Assembly: GCF_006345805.1 (NCBI RefSeq)
Contig: NC_043009.1
Coordinates: 29,140,001 to 29,204,000, forward strand
DNA length: 64,000 nt
Reading direction: 5' to 3'
Source of the DNA: Octopus sinensis
Taxonomy: Eukaryota
The notes below the pieces were generated by a model. That model was not told the DNA's origin and did not search any database. It worked only from the letters and a program-made list of their open reading frames with translations. Numbering within the stretch: the stretch's first letter is position 1; every line of letters starts with the position of its first letter. Below are positions 1 to 14,105 of the stretch, piece by piece. The translations under genes were made by a program, and so were the position numbers.

Positions 1-89
1 TGTTTCCTCCTTCATGTTCGTCTTTAATTCCGACATTTATTGTTGTTTGCAGTTGTGTAGATATGAACGTATATATATATACATACATA

Positions 90-167
<78 letters not shown>

Positions 168-233
168 TTTATGTATGTATCTATGTCTATCTATATGTGT
201 GTATAGATATTTTAGTGTGTGTGTGTATATATA

Positions 234-288
<55 letters not shown>

Positions 289-484
289 CATACATGCATA
301 CACAAACATACACAAACATACACACACATATAAATGTATATGTATGTATATATCTATCCATCTATGTATCAGTCTGTCTGTCTGTTTATATATACATATA
401 TATGTGTGCATATATGTGTATATATCTATCTATCTATTTATCTGTCTATCTTTCTCTCTTATATTTTATACACACACACACACA

Positions 485-521
<37 letters not shown>

Positions 522-1390
522 GTTACCTGCTAGTACCTGGGGAGCACATGACTCAATTCATGGCAAATTTTGGTGGGGGAACAGCCATCATTGCAATTCT
601 GTACGAATGCAACATTTATATACTTTTTGTAATAGAGATAAATGGTTCAAAACGCTTATTGTCTTTGTCCAAACACAGGGAATCAATTCTAAATGGAGGG
701 CTTTATGATAAGCAATGTTAGAATTTGCCAGTTGGATCCCAATACAGGAATATCCAAAATATATGTGCTCATGAGAGAAGTAGGAGTCTTCCATCTGTAA
801 TCCAGTAATCTTGGATTTCTGATCGGGTGATTTATTAATGACCTTTGTGACAGTTAGCATCTAAAGTTAAAAACAAAATATGATATATCGATAAAAATTA
901 TAAGGATTTCCAGAATTAGAATTAATCCAGTTTTATTTTTGACAAATTCGGAAACAATCATAGCCTTAATAATAAACCCTCATATTATAGATACAAAGCT
1001 TGAAATTCAGGTGGAGGTGGGGTACTAGTCAATTACATTGACCCCAGTGCTCAAAAGCCCCGACAGAATGAAAAGCATGGTTGATCTTGGTGGAATCTGA
1101 ACTCAGAAATGCAAAGACAGACCAAATACTGCCAAGTATTTTGCCCTGCATGCTAATGATTCTGCCAGCTTGCCACCTTCATAACCTCAATAATAATGGT
1201 TGGTAAGGCATCAAAAGATTGCAGAATCATTGTTCAAATTTTGCCAAGGTCGACTTTACCTTTCAGCCTTTCAGGGTTGATAAAATAAGTACTAGTTGAT
1301 CACTGGTGGTTGATCTAATAGATTTATCCCCAAACTTTCTGACTTTGTGCCAAAATTTGAAACGTATAATAATGGCTTGTAGTTATATAT

Positions 1391-1610
1391 ATGTCTTTAT
1401 TGCCCACAGGGCGCTAAACATAGAGGGGACAAACAAAGACAAAGGAATTAAGTTGATTACATTAACCCTAGTGCGTAACTAGTGCTTATTTAATTGATCC
1501 CAAAAGGATGAAAGGCAAAGTCGACCTCGGCGGAATGTGAACTCAGATCGTAACGGCAAACGAAATACCGCTAAGCATTTTGCCTGGTATGCTAATGATT
1601 CTGCCAGCTC
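1391..1610 (-). mobile_element. tRNA-derived SINE family A copy with 16-bp TSD
   Basis: Head GAGCTGGCAGAATCATTAGC and B box GAGTTCACATTCC; TSD GCTTGTAGTTATATAT at 1375-1390 and 1611-1626. Other copies at ~985-1178(-), 1205-1365(+), 4228-4445(-), 9063-9400(+), 10856-11520(+, three), 16883-17100(+), 30185-30360(-), 36305-36535(-), 41232-41446(-). Confidence 0.85.
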
Positions 1611-2493
1611 GCTTGTAGTTATATATCACCATCATCATCATCATCATCATTGTCATCAACATCACTCTTTGTTGTTGTTGTTGTTGTCATCACCATCATC
1701 ATCATAACATTCATTCAGCATCCATGTTCCATGATGGCATGGCGGGGTGGATTGTTTTACAGGTGTTAATGTATCAAAGGACCATGTCGCACTCCAGCAC
1801 CTGCTTTGGCATGGTTTCTGCAGCTGGATGTGCTCCCTAATGCCAACCACCTTACAGTGAGGACCCAAAGCTGTTTTCATTCCACTAACACACACACACA
1901 GATAATTATGTGGTAAGACTTCAAGACATAGAATAGCCTTCAGTCAGGTATAAAAGTAAGGATAATGCTGTAATGACAATAAAGTAATGTTTCAGCCATG
2001 AAACCCTGGGGAACCGTATTTCACAAGATTTGTGATTCCAAATATAACTTTTATATTTATATATATTTTACACACACACATGTGCATACTCTCTCATACA
2101 TACACACACACACACACACACATACATACACACATGCATTTACGCATACATACACACAGACATTCATACATGCATGCATACACATATATACCTACATACA
2201 TTCATACATACCTACATACATGGATACATACTTTCTTTTACTTGTTTCAAGTCATTTGACTGCGACCACGCTGGAGCATTGCTTTAGTCAAGCGAATCGA
2301 CCCCAAGACTTATTTTTTGTAAGCCTTGTACTTATTCTATCGGTCTCTTTTGTTGAACTGCTAAGTTATGAGGATGTAAACACACCAGCATCAGTTGTCA
2401 AGCAATATTGGGGGGACAAAAACAAATACTCGAACATATACACATATACACACACACATATATATATACATATATATACATACACACACATAT

Positions 2494-2531
<38 letters not shown>

Positions 2532-3566
2532 CGATGGGCTTCTTTCAGTTTCTGTCTACCAAATCCACTCACAAAGCTTTGGTCAGCCTGAGGCTATAGT
2601 AGAAGACATTTGCCCAAGGTACCATGCAGTTGGACTGAACCCAGAACCATGTGGTTGGTAAGCAAGCTACTTACCACACAGCCACTCCTGCACATACATA
2701 CATTCCAACATGCATACATGCATTCATACAGATATACATCCATATTTAGAATGGTCTTCTCTCAGTTTCTGTCCACTAAATCTGCTCCCAAGACTTTGGT
2801 CAGCTCCAGGCTATAATTAGAAGACACTCACCAAAGGTGCCACTCAGTGGGCCTGAACCCAGAACCATGTGGTAGGCAAGCAAAATGTCTTACCGCACAG
2901 CCACGCCTGCAACTGAATGTTATACAGATGTGATTATAATGCAAGCTGTGTGTTTGTGAAGCCCATCAATGTATTCCATCTACAAACGATGGGTGTAGAT
3001 ATTTCATTTGAAATGATGATATCAAATAAACAACAACAAAACACCTTACTTTCATGAAATTTTTTTCTAGCCACAATCATGTCATCTTTTCAAAATATCC
3101 AAGGTTTTATTGTCCTTCAATTTGTTCAAGATAGTTGAATGATATGAGGGAGATTTAATGGCTATTTCAAGCAAGTCTAGGTGATAAATTTATGTCTATA
3201 AAGTGAAGTGAAAAGGGAAAAAAAATAGGCTGAAGGTTCAATGAACTTCAAACTTATTTTATCATCAATGGAATCTAATTTACTCTGTCGAATATCTGAA
3301 GCAAGAGAAAGACATCGATTTATTGATTTTTATGGTAAAGTTTTCCTTGTTTTTATTGTGGTTTTTTTACAGTTTTTTAAAAAATAATTTTATTCTTTCA
3401 ATTTGCTTCGTATTTATTATGTCTTTCCATTTATTATTATTTTTTTTCATAGAGAAATGATACAATTAATATGACGGTGGGAATATAGTATATTATTTAT
3501 TATGAGAACCAAAGGGAGATAGAATATCAGAAATGTTTTAACTATAATTATAAGAATAACGATTTT

Positions 3567-4228
<662 letters not shown>

Positions 4229-5419
4229 TCCTTTCTACTAAAGACACAAGGCCTGAAATTTTGGGGGAGGGGACTAGTCAATTACATCGGCCCTAGTGTT
4301 TCACTGGTACTTAATTTATTGACCTCAAAAGGATGAAAGGCAAAGTCGACCTCAGCAGAATTTGAACTCAGAATGTATAAACAGTAATGAAGTATCGCTA
4401 AGCATTTTGCGCAGCATGCTAACAATTCTGCCAGCTCACCACCTTCATAATAACAACCACCACCACAACAACAGCAATAATAATGATTTTAATTCTTTGT
4501 ATTGTAGGCACAATTTTGAAGGCAGCAGTGGTTGATTACAAATACCCCAGTATTTGACTGGTACTCACTTTATGAACCCTGCAGGGAAAAAGGTCAAAAT
4601 TGACTTTAGTGGCTTTTGAACACAAAGCATAAAGCCAGAGGAAATGCGGAGAAGCTTGTTGCTTGACATGCTAATGGTCCTGCGACCGAGTAATGAAGAT
4701 CTTGATCGACGATGATGATGATGGTGGTGATGACAATGACAATGACGATGATGATGATGATGAGGAGGAGGAGGATGATAATAATGAGGAGGTGGTGGAT
4801 TATGATGGTGATGATGATGATGGCGATGACGATGATGACAATGATGACAATGATGATGATGATGACAATATCATGATGATGATGGTGAAGGTGACAATGA
4901 CGATGGTGATGATGGGGAAGATGATGATAACCACACACACATATGACGGGCTTCATTCAGTTTCCGCCTACCAAATCCACTCACAAGGCTTTGATCAGCT
5001 TGAGGCTGTAGTAGAAGACACTTGCCCAAGGTGCCACACAGTAACACTGAACCTGGAACCACACAGCCATGCCAACATGCATAATATATACACAATGGGT
5101 TTCTTTCAGTTTCCCTCTACCATATCCACTGACATAGCTTTGGTAAGTGTCTGGTTCTAGCAAAAGACACTTACCAAAGTTGGCACACAGTGGGAGGCTC
5201 CCTAAAGCAATATGGTTGTGCCTAATAAGTAGGATAATTATATTTTTTTAGTTGTTTGGGGTTTTAGCTCAAGAGGAGCAATTTGGAGGGGATGGGCTAA
5301 GGTGAGACCATCAACTCAAGCATTTGGTTGGTGCCATAGTTCCCTGGCAGGAATTGAACTCAGGATGTAGAGAGCCTGAAGAAATACTGCAGAAGGCATA
5401 CTGTTTCCTCTGTCCTGGT

Positions 5420-7048
5420 AGAAGGAGAAGAAGAAGAAGAAGAAGAAGAAGAAGAAGAAGAAGAAGAAGGAGAAGGAGATGAAGGAGAAGAAGATGAAGA
5501 AGGAGAAGGAGATGAAGAAGAGAAGGAGAAGAAGAAGGATGAGGAGAAGGAGAAGAAGAAGGATGAGGAGAAAGAGAAGAAGAAGGATGAGGAGAAGAAG
5601 ACGAAGAGGAGAAGGAGAAGAAGAAGGAGAAGGAAGAGGAAGGAGAAGAAGATGGAAGAGGAGGGGGAGAAGAAAATGAAGAAGACTAAGGATGATGATG
5701 ATGATGAGGAGGAGGAGATGAAGAAGGAAGAGGAGAAAATGATGAAGGAAGAGGAAAGGTGTTGATGAAGAAGAATGAGGGAGATGACAGGAGTAGAAGG
5801 AGGAGAAGGATGATGAGGTGGAAGAGGTAGAAGAAGAGAGGAAGAAGAAGAAGAGAGGTAGAAGGAAGACGGAAGGGGAGGAGGAAACAGCAGAGAAGAT
5901 GAAGTAGAAAGAAACGGAAGATGGGGGAGAAGTGGACATGAAGATGAAATACAGAGGAGGAGGAGGAGGAGGAGGAGGAGAAGGAGAAGGGGAGGAGACG
6001 ATGAGGATGAAGGAGAAGAACATTAATACTCCTTTGATTGTCAAAAGTATAACAACAGTAAATAGGCCATATCATGACCACCACCCCTGCGGCCACCATA
6101 TGAATACCCACGACTAACATCCCCACCACCACCACCACCAAACACAATTCGTATTACAATTATTAATAGTATTTTATCCTTCGTCAAATTCTTTTCCGAT
6201 TTCCCATTCAAATTTAAAAAGTAAACGTAAAAAAAAAATAAAAATAAAAGTAAAAAATAACAACAACAAAAAACTCCAAACAAACATCTTTCTGTCTAAT
6301 TTCACTGTCACACTTCTGTCTGTCTGTTTGTCCCTGAGATCTTTCAGTTCAATTTATTAAAACATTTCCTCTGCCATCACAACTTATTGATTACTTCACT
6401 TACTTTCTTTCCTTCCTTCCTTCCTTCCTTCTTTCTTTCTTTCTTCCCCTCTTTCTTTCTTTCTTTCTTTCTTCCTCCTTTCTTTTTTCTTTTCTTTATT
6501 TCTTTCTTTACTTTCTTTCTTTCTTCTTTTCTTTCTTCTTTCTTTTTCCTTTCTTCTTTCTTTTTCCTTTCTTTCTTTCTTTTCTTTTTTCTTTCTTTCT
6601 TCCTTTCCTTCTTTCTTTCTTTTCTGTCATTTTTCTTTCTTTCTGTCAATTTTCTTTCTCTCTTTCTCTCTTCTTTTCTATCACTTTTCTTTTTCTTTCT
6701 TTCTTCCTTTCTTTCTCTCTTCTTTTCTATCAGTTTTCTCTCTTTCTTTCTTTCCTTCTTTCTTTCTTTTCTGTCATTTTTCTTTCTTTCTGTCAATTTT
6801 CTTTCTCTCTTTCTCTCTTCTTTTCTATCACTTTTCTTTCTTTCTTTCTTTCTTTCTTTCTCTCTTCTTTTCTATCAGTTTTCTCTCTTTCTTTCTTTCC
6901 TTCTTTCTTTCTTTTCTGTCATTTTTCTTTCTTTCTGTCACTTTTCTTTCTTTCTTTCTCTCTTCTTTTCTATCACTTTTCTTTTTCTTTCTTTCTTCCT
7001 TTCTTTCCTTCTTTCTCTCTTTCTTTCTTTCTTTCTTTCTTTCCTTCT

Positions 7049-7090
<42 letters not shown>
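5420..7090. repeat. Purine-rich (AAG/GAG)n tract 5420-6020 and pyrimidine-rich (TTTC)n tract 6400-7090
   Basis: Directly visible; an internal ~135-bp duplication lies in the TTTC tract. Confidence 0.93.
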
Positions 7091-7092
<2 letters not shown>

Positions 7093-7189
7093 TTGTTTCT
7101 TGTTTGTTACAAGATATCAATGTTGTTGCTGCTGTGGTTGTTATTTTTGGACTTGTTGTTGTTACTCTTCTTGGTTCTTGCTGCTGTCA

Positions 7190-7272
7190 ATGATGATGAT
7201 GATGATGTTATTGTTGTTACTGTTATTCAAGCTGTTGATATATTAATAAAAGTAGCAACAGCAGCAGAAGTG

Positions 7273-7330
<58 letters not shown>

Positions 7331-8327
7331 CAGCAGCAGCAGCAGTAGTAGTAGTAGTGGTGGTGGTGGTGGCGGTCACAGTAGTGTAGGTGGCTGTGTT
7401 GGTGGTAGGGGTGGTGGTGGTGGTGGTAATAGTAGTGGTAGTGGTAGTGGTGGTGGTGTAGTGGTGGTGGTGATAGTGGTGGTGGTGGTGGTGGTGGCAG
7501 CAGCAGCATCGTTAGTTGTTTTTGCTGTTCTTTGGTTCAATGGTGAACTCTTCCTTTGAATAATTTACATCAAATACTTTCTGATCAATGAACGAGGTAG
7601 GATGTCATCAGTGCAGGTCACATAGAGGACACCTTGACGACGACGACGGCGGCGATGGTGGAGATGGTGATGATGGTGGTGGTGGTGGAGTTGCATACGA
7701 TGATGATGATGATGATGATGATGACGAGGTTGGCAATGATTATGATGGGGATGATGATGACAATGGCAACAATGTGGATGATGATGACAAAGATGACAAT
7801 GATGTTCACATTCATGGCAATGATGATGGGGATGATGATGATGACGATGGTGGTGGTGATGATGATGATGACGATGATTATGATGATGATGATGATGGTG
7901 ATGATGAGGATGATGGGGATGAGGATGGGGATGATGATGATGAAGATGAGGATGATGGTGATGATGATGATGGTGGTGATGATGGTGATGATGATGGTGA
8001 TGAGGATGATGATGATGATGAGGATGATGGGGATGATGATGGTGGGGACAATGATGATGGAGATGATGATGATGATGAAGATGAGGATGATGGTGATGAT
8101 GATGATGGTGGTGGTGATGATGGTGATGATGATGGTGATGAGGATGATGATGATGATGAGGATGATGGGGATGATGATGGTGGGGACAATGATGATGGAG
8201 ATGATGATGATGATGAGAATAATGATGCTGCTGCTGATGATAATGATAACGTCAACAGTGACAACGAATATGACGATGTGATGACAATAGTAATGATGAC
8301 AAAGACGATGGTGATGGTGATGGTCAT

Positions 8328-8360
<33 letters not shown>

Positions 8361-8422
8361 AACTTCTGCTACCACTACTACTACTGCCACTACCATTGCG
8401 GCAACTGTTGCTGCTGCTGCTG

Positions 8423-8454
<32 letters not shown>

Positions 8455-8518
8455 GCAACTACTACTACTACTACTACTATGATAACCACTGTTACTGTTG
8501 CTGCTGCTGCTGCTGCTG

Positions 8519-8556
<38 letters not shown>

Positions 8557-8646
8557 GCCACTAACGTTGCTGCTTCTGTTGCTGTTTCTGCAGCTGTTAC
8601 TACTATTACTACTACTATTACTACTACTATTACAACTACTATTACA

Positions 8647-8686
<40 letters not shown>

Positions 8687-8785
8687 AATCAGAGCAATGG
8701 AAAGTATGTCAATTTACACAGATTGTAAGAGAGAGGAACATTATTATTATGATTATCATTATCATCATCATTATTATTATTATTA

Positions 8786-8838
<53 letters not shown>

Positions 8839-8885
8839 GTTATTATTATTATTATTTTCATTTTTATTATTATTATTATTATTTA
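7190..8885. repeat. Compound triplet microsatellite field (GTA, GGT, GAT, ACT, GCT, ATT)
   Basis: Directly visible; it produces the spurious 438-aa poly-D/T/I ORF and has a 123-bp internal duplication at ~7940-8210. Confidence 0.93.
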
Positions 8886-9423
8886 TGTGATTCTTATTTA
8901 TTGACTTTTGACCTTATATGGTAACTAATTAGACTGAAACAATAGAGGAAATGTCCTTAATTAGACCACCAATTTATACATATGTGCCTGCTAAAACACA
9001 TACATATAAATCATAGTCAAATATTATTATAAGCATCATCATCATCATCATTATTATATAGTAAGGCGAAGGTGGCAAGCTGGCAGAAATGTTAGCATGC
9101 TGGGCAAAATGCTTACCAGTGTATTTCATCTGCCATTACATTCTGAGTTCAAATTCGGCAAGAAGTGCAAATGAGGGTAGCTATATCAAACTCCATGCTT
9201 CACCAAGTGCCACATATTAGAGGAGGCTCTTAGTAATAACAGTGTAATAAAACGGCAGAGCAGAGGAAAAAATATAATCAACTTTGCTTTCATTCTTTTG
9301 GGGTTGATAATTAAGTACCAATTGAGTACTTAGGTCCATGTAATTAACCAGTCCCCTCCCTCAAAATTTCAGGCCTTGTGCCTTTAGTAGAAAAGATTGT
9401 CATTATTATTATTATTATTATTA

Positions 9424-10527
9424 CTTTTTTTTTTTCTTCTTTCAAATTTTCTTCCATTTCTTGCCGAGTGTCTTCCCGACTCCTAGGGCAAAGAAACTCA
9501 TAGTGTATATTGGTAGGCCATTAAACCAAACTCAGTAGTTCGTTATTTTTTTTTTTTTTTTTTTTTTTTAAAGTTAAATTAAAATACATGAGCAGCAACA
9601 GTTCTCACATCGACAATGCTCTTCTCAATACGTGTGATGTACCAGTTAAGACAATCTTTTGCACTTCTTGCAGGGATGGTAAGCCAGGGATCATTCTCAT
9701 AATTTTCGGTTCCCTTCTTGATCATCCTAGTGCTCCTATGATCACTGGTATTGTAACCGCCTTGAGATGCCACATTTTCTCAATTTCAATGAGTAGGTCT
9801 TTATATTTTCTGAGCTTGTCAAACTCTTTCGCTGAGATATTATGATCACAGGGGATGCTCATGTCGATCAATAAGCAAACTTTATTGTTTTGGTCTTTCA
9901 CAACAATATCTGGTTTATTGGCCTTGATGGTTCGGTCTGTATGTACTGGAAAGTCCCACAGAATGGTTACATTTTCTCCTTCAGTTACAGCCTCAGGGTG
10001 GTGATTATACCACTTGTCGGCAGTTTTGATATTGTAATGCCGACTTATTAGCCAGTGGAGATATTGGCCAACTCTGTCATGTCTTAATTTATACTCCACT
10101 GGTGCTAAGACTTTACATCCAGAGATTAGGTGGTCCACTGTTTCAATCATGTCATTGCAGAATCGGCATTTTGGGTCTGCTCCACACCAGTAGAGTATAA
10201 ATTAAGACATGACAGAGTTGGCCAATATCTCCACTGGCTAATAAGTCGGCATTACAATATCAAAACTGCCGACAAGTGGTATAATCACCACCCTGAGGCT
10301 GTAACTGAAGGAGAAAATGTAACCATTCTGTGGGACTTTCCAGTACATACAGACCGAACCATCAAGGCCAATAAACCAGATATTGTTGTGAAAGACCAAA
10401 ACAATAAAGTTTGCTTATTGATCGACATGAGCATCCCCTGTGATCATAATATCTCAGCGAAAGAGTTTGACAAGCTCAGAAAATATAAAGACCTACTCAT
10501 TGAAATTGAGAAAATGTGGCATCTCAA
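9424..10527 (-). mobile_element. R4/Dong-clade non-LTR retrotransposon (family A) 3' part: CCHC knuckle + RLE endonuclease, with 343-bp 5' inverted duplication
   Basis: Minus strand reads CRFCNDMIETVDHLISGC, RHD, WDF, KPDIV, IDMSIP, KxxKY, IPVIIGALG. Arms 9762-10104 and 10185-10527. (TAA)n on both sides. Confidence 0.92.
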
Positions 10528-10570
10528 ATTATTATTATTATTATTATCATTATTATTATTATTATTATTA

Positions 10571-10765
10571 TTCTATGTTTGACGTTTGCTTTACATTTGC
10601 GCAAGCTGGCTCCAAGTCTCACCCAGAGACCTCAAGAGACAACAAGTTGGAAGTTCATGTTAGTGTTATGCCTAGGGTGCCATATATATGGTTTTGTACT
10701 TAGTGTTGTACTAGTGAATGCCTAAAAAACCATACGAAAATTATGTTTGTTTTAAAACTTGAAAC
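10571..10765 (-). mobile_element. R4/Dong-clade family B 3' UTR
   Basis: Reverse complement matches ~39790-39985; embedded in (TTA)n. Confidence 0.82.
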
Positions 10766-10780
10766 TTAATATTATTATTA

Positions 10781-10835
<55 letters not shown>

Positions 10836-11811
10836 CATTATTATTATTATTATTCAGCAGGGAGCTGGAAGAATCATTAGCATGCCAACCTAGATGCTTA
10901 GCAGCATTTTGTCTGTCTTTACATTCTGAGTTCAAATTTCACCAGGGTTCAATTTGCTTTTCATTTTTCTGAGGTTGATAAAATTATTACTAGTCCCACA
11001 CTGAGGGGTCAATGAAAGCAGTTTGGTCCCTTTCTCGAAACTGCTGGCTTTGATCCAGATTTGAAACCAACATTCTTTATGGATTGGTAAATTGGTTAGA
11101 GCATCAGGAAAATGCCTTGCAATTACCATTCTGTTTCTTTTTACATTATGAATTCAAATACAGCTGTGGGTACCTTTTCTTTTTTGTTGCTAATCCTTTT
11201 ATGAGGTAAATAGAATAACGAATTAGCAAATTACTGGTATCATCTACCCACCTCTTCCCATGGTTGTTATTCTTATGACTAAACCAGAAACCATTATTAT
11301 TGTTCTTGCTAAGGTGGTGAGCTGGCAGAATTGTTAGCACACTGGGTGAAATGCTTGGCAGTATTTCCCCCATCACTACATTCTGAGTTCAAATTCTGCT
11401 GAGGTTGACTTTACTTTTCATCCTTTAGGGGTCGATAAATTAAGTACCAGTTGAGTTCTGGGGTTGATCGACTATCCCCCACCCCCAAATTTCAGACTTT
11501 GTGCCTATTATAGAAAAGATTATTATTATTATTATTATTATTATTGTCTTCTATCTTTTGTGTTTTTAATTGTTTCAGTCACTAGACTGAGGCCATGCTG
11601 GGGCACCACCTTAAAGGATTTTAGTTGATTAAATCAACCCCAGTATCCCATTAGTTTTAGTTTTATTCTTTTGGCCTGGTACTTATACTATCTGTCTCTT
11701 TTGCTGAACTGCTAAGTTATGGGGATGTAAACATACCAACACTGGTTGTCAAGTGGTGGTGGGGGCCAAACGCAGACACACAGACATGCACAGAGAGTGA
11801 GGGAGAAACAT

Positions 11812-11880
11812 TATGTGCCTGATGAATATGTTTGAGGTATTTCTCAACATATGAAACTATTAAACTATTAGTAGCACATA
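11812..11880 (+). ncRNA. Complete type I hammerhead ribozyme
   Basis: Stem I TATGTGC/GCACATA (7 bp). Core CTGATGA at 11819-11825. Stem II ATATGTTTGAG/CTCAACATAT (10 bp, one bulge). GAAA at 11853-11856. Stem III ACTA/TAGT. Cleavage triplet GTA at 11871-11873. Confidence 0.85.
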
Positions 11881-12260
11881 GAAATATGTATTCTGAATTT
11901 TAAATAATATACATATACATATACATATACATACATATGTATATATATATATATAGAGAGAGAGAGAGGAAAGAGAGAGAGAGAGAGAGACATGTGTATA
12001 TATAGTTTCTAGATGAGAGACAGATATTCTCCATATAGAATACACTTCATAGTGCTCAAGAAATTTCAATTTGAGCAGATAGAGGAGTAAATGTAAGGAA
12101 GAGCAAATTAGGCAAGTCAATATAAAAAAAAAATAATACATTTAATACAAAAAACGTACACATCTTTACATATAAAAAGGTCTGACTTACACAGAATAGA
12201 AATGCTATCAGGAATTTCATCTTTAATGTCCTTTCTGTCAATACCTTAAATGTAAAATTC

Positions 12261-12353
12261 TGCCCTGAAGACGGAGGCTTGTATTATCCGATGATGAAAT
12301 CGATTTACAATCATTATTTTGGACCATCAAATCTCCAGAAACAGCTGTTGGAC
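12261..12353 (+). ncRNA. Degenerate PLE-type hammerhead motif with long stem II
   Basis: CC-CTGAAGA-c-GGAG...CTCC-a-GAAA-CAGCTG-TT-GG, with palindromic ACAGCTGT; stem I is only 2 bp. Confidence 0.45.
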
Positions 12354-12507
12354 TCATAAAACTCTTATTCAAGCATCTTTATTTCTTGATATCATTTTTA
12401 TTCTGTGAAGGTTGGGCCTTTTTCTAAATAAATATATGTACATTTTTCAATGTATTTAATGTTTTTTGTATATCGGCTCGCCTAATTTGCTTATCCTTAC
12501 ATTTACA

Positions 12508-12917
12508 TTTTCTCTTTTACTCTTTTACTTGTTTCAGTCATTTGACTGTGGCCATGTTGGAGCACCGCCTTTAATCGAGCAACTCGACCCCGGGACTTAT
12601 TCTTTGTAAGCCCAGTACTTATTCTATCAGTCTCTTTTGCTGAACCGCTAAGTGACAGGGACATAAACACATCAGCATTGGTTGTCAAGCAATGCTAGGG
12701 GGACAAACACAAACATACACACACACACATATATACATATATATACATATATACGACAGGCTTCTTTCAGTTTCCGTCTACCAAATCCACTCACAAGGCT
12801 TTGGTCGGCCCGAGGCTATAGCAGAAGACACTTGCCCAAGGTGCCACGCAGTGGGACTGAACCCAGAACCATGTGGTTGGTAAACAAGCTACTTACCACA
12901 CAGCCACTCCTGCGCCT
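12508..12917 (-). mobile_element. tRNA-derived SINE family B, near full length, with internal (TA/CA)n
   Basis: Head GGCGCAGGAGTGGCTGTGTGGTAAG...GGGTTCAGTCCC; GCACCTTGGGCAAGTGTC; tail GAAACAAGTAAAAGAGTAAAAGAG. Other copies at ~2235-2690(-), 2750-2910(-), 4944-5220(-), 11545-11790(-), 14190-14670(+), 14960-15845(-, split), 30365-30920(+), 40790-41190(+), 61905-62300(-). Confidence 0.85.
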
Positions 12918-12928
12918 TTTATATATAT

Positions 12929-12960
<32 letters not shown>

Positions 12961-12999
12961 AAATATATACATTTATATATATATTATATATATATATAC

Positions 13000-13072
<73 letters not shown>

Positions 13073-13739
13073 TAAATATATAAGAAAATATGCACACTTA
13101 CATGTATACACACACATACATATATATACATGCATACATAGATACACATACATGCGCTTACATGCAAACACATGTATACATTCAAGTACACATATCTACA
13201 AACACATATACACATACACACACACATCTACAAACACATATATACATACACACACATACATAGACACATATGTATACATGTTGCTGTCCAAAACTATTTT
13301 AAGATAAGGGGATATACAGGGTGGGTCATGATAAGTATCACCTGATTGATCGATTAGTTGTTTTAAAGAGCAGGTGAGAGATAAAGATTTTAAAAAATCT
13401 AGACTTTTGTAAGATTATTCTGATATTCTATGCTAAATTCAATTTGTAAACTATAATTCTTGTCATTTTCTTAAATTTCTTTTTTATTCCTCTTTTAAAT
13501 CTAAAATACTCTATAATTTTCAGTTTTTTTGTTTTTATTTTTCATTATATGTCATTCATGTTTTAACCATATTTTTATAGCTTGGCTGATTCTACTCTAT
13601 GATCATCTCTAATCTAAAGCCCATCCCATCATCTTGTGATCCAGTCTTAGCACTTAAGAATGAAAAAGATCTTCACCTCAAAAAGCATAATGCTGCTTCT
13701 AAAACTGGAGCTTGTAAACCATTTTATTATGCTGATTGT

Positions 13740-14105
13740 CCTCTGCAGATGAAAAACTAGGACAATGTACAGAAATTAAGACAAATACCTTTCAGACATG
13801 GATTTTTCATTGATTGGGTGGAATAAGCTGGCGAGACAGGGTAACGAATACTGCAGTACTAGAATAGTTGAAAATCCAAAGACATCCATAGTCATGAATA
13901 AAACCCACAAAGGGATCATATGACGCATCACAAGTCATTACTTAAGACCAACAAGAAGTGTTAGAAGAGAAGGGAATGAGAGGTCAGCAAAATGTCTGTG
14001 AACTGATGTCATCAAAGAATGGAACGGGAAACAAAAACCTGGCTGTTTGTAAACATGCAACACAACAGAGAGGGAACTGAAGAGTCATGGCCAGGTGATT
14101 CCAAT
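13740..14105 (+). mobile_element. Highly degenerate RTE-like LINE fragment
   Basis: GISWRDRVTNTAVLE and TDVIKEW motifs amid stops and frameshifts. Confidence 0.5.

Noticed and set aside
14-721. Numerous YI/HT/CV/YLSI-repeat ORFs here and throughout the window
   Set aside because: They are translations of stop-free di- and tetranucleotide repeats.
6331-6352. TCCCTGAGA, the miR-125/lin-4 5' end
   Set aside because: Only 9 nt match and there is no hairpin.
7565-7620. Minus-strand CTGATGA...GAAA as a hammerhead or C/D snoRNA
   Set aside because: Stems I-III cannot form, and there is no terminal stem or suitably placed D box.
7588-8904. 438-aa Asp/Thr/Ile-rich ORF
   Set aside because: Translation of adjacent GAT, ACT and ATT microsatellites; other frames are open too and there is no domain.
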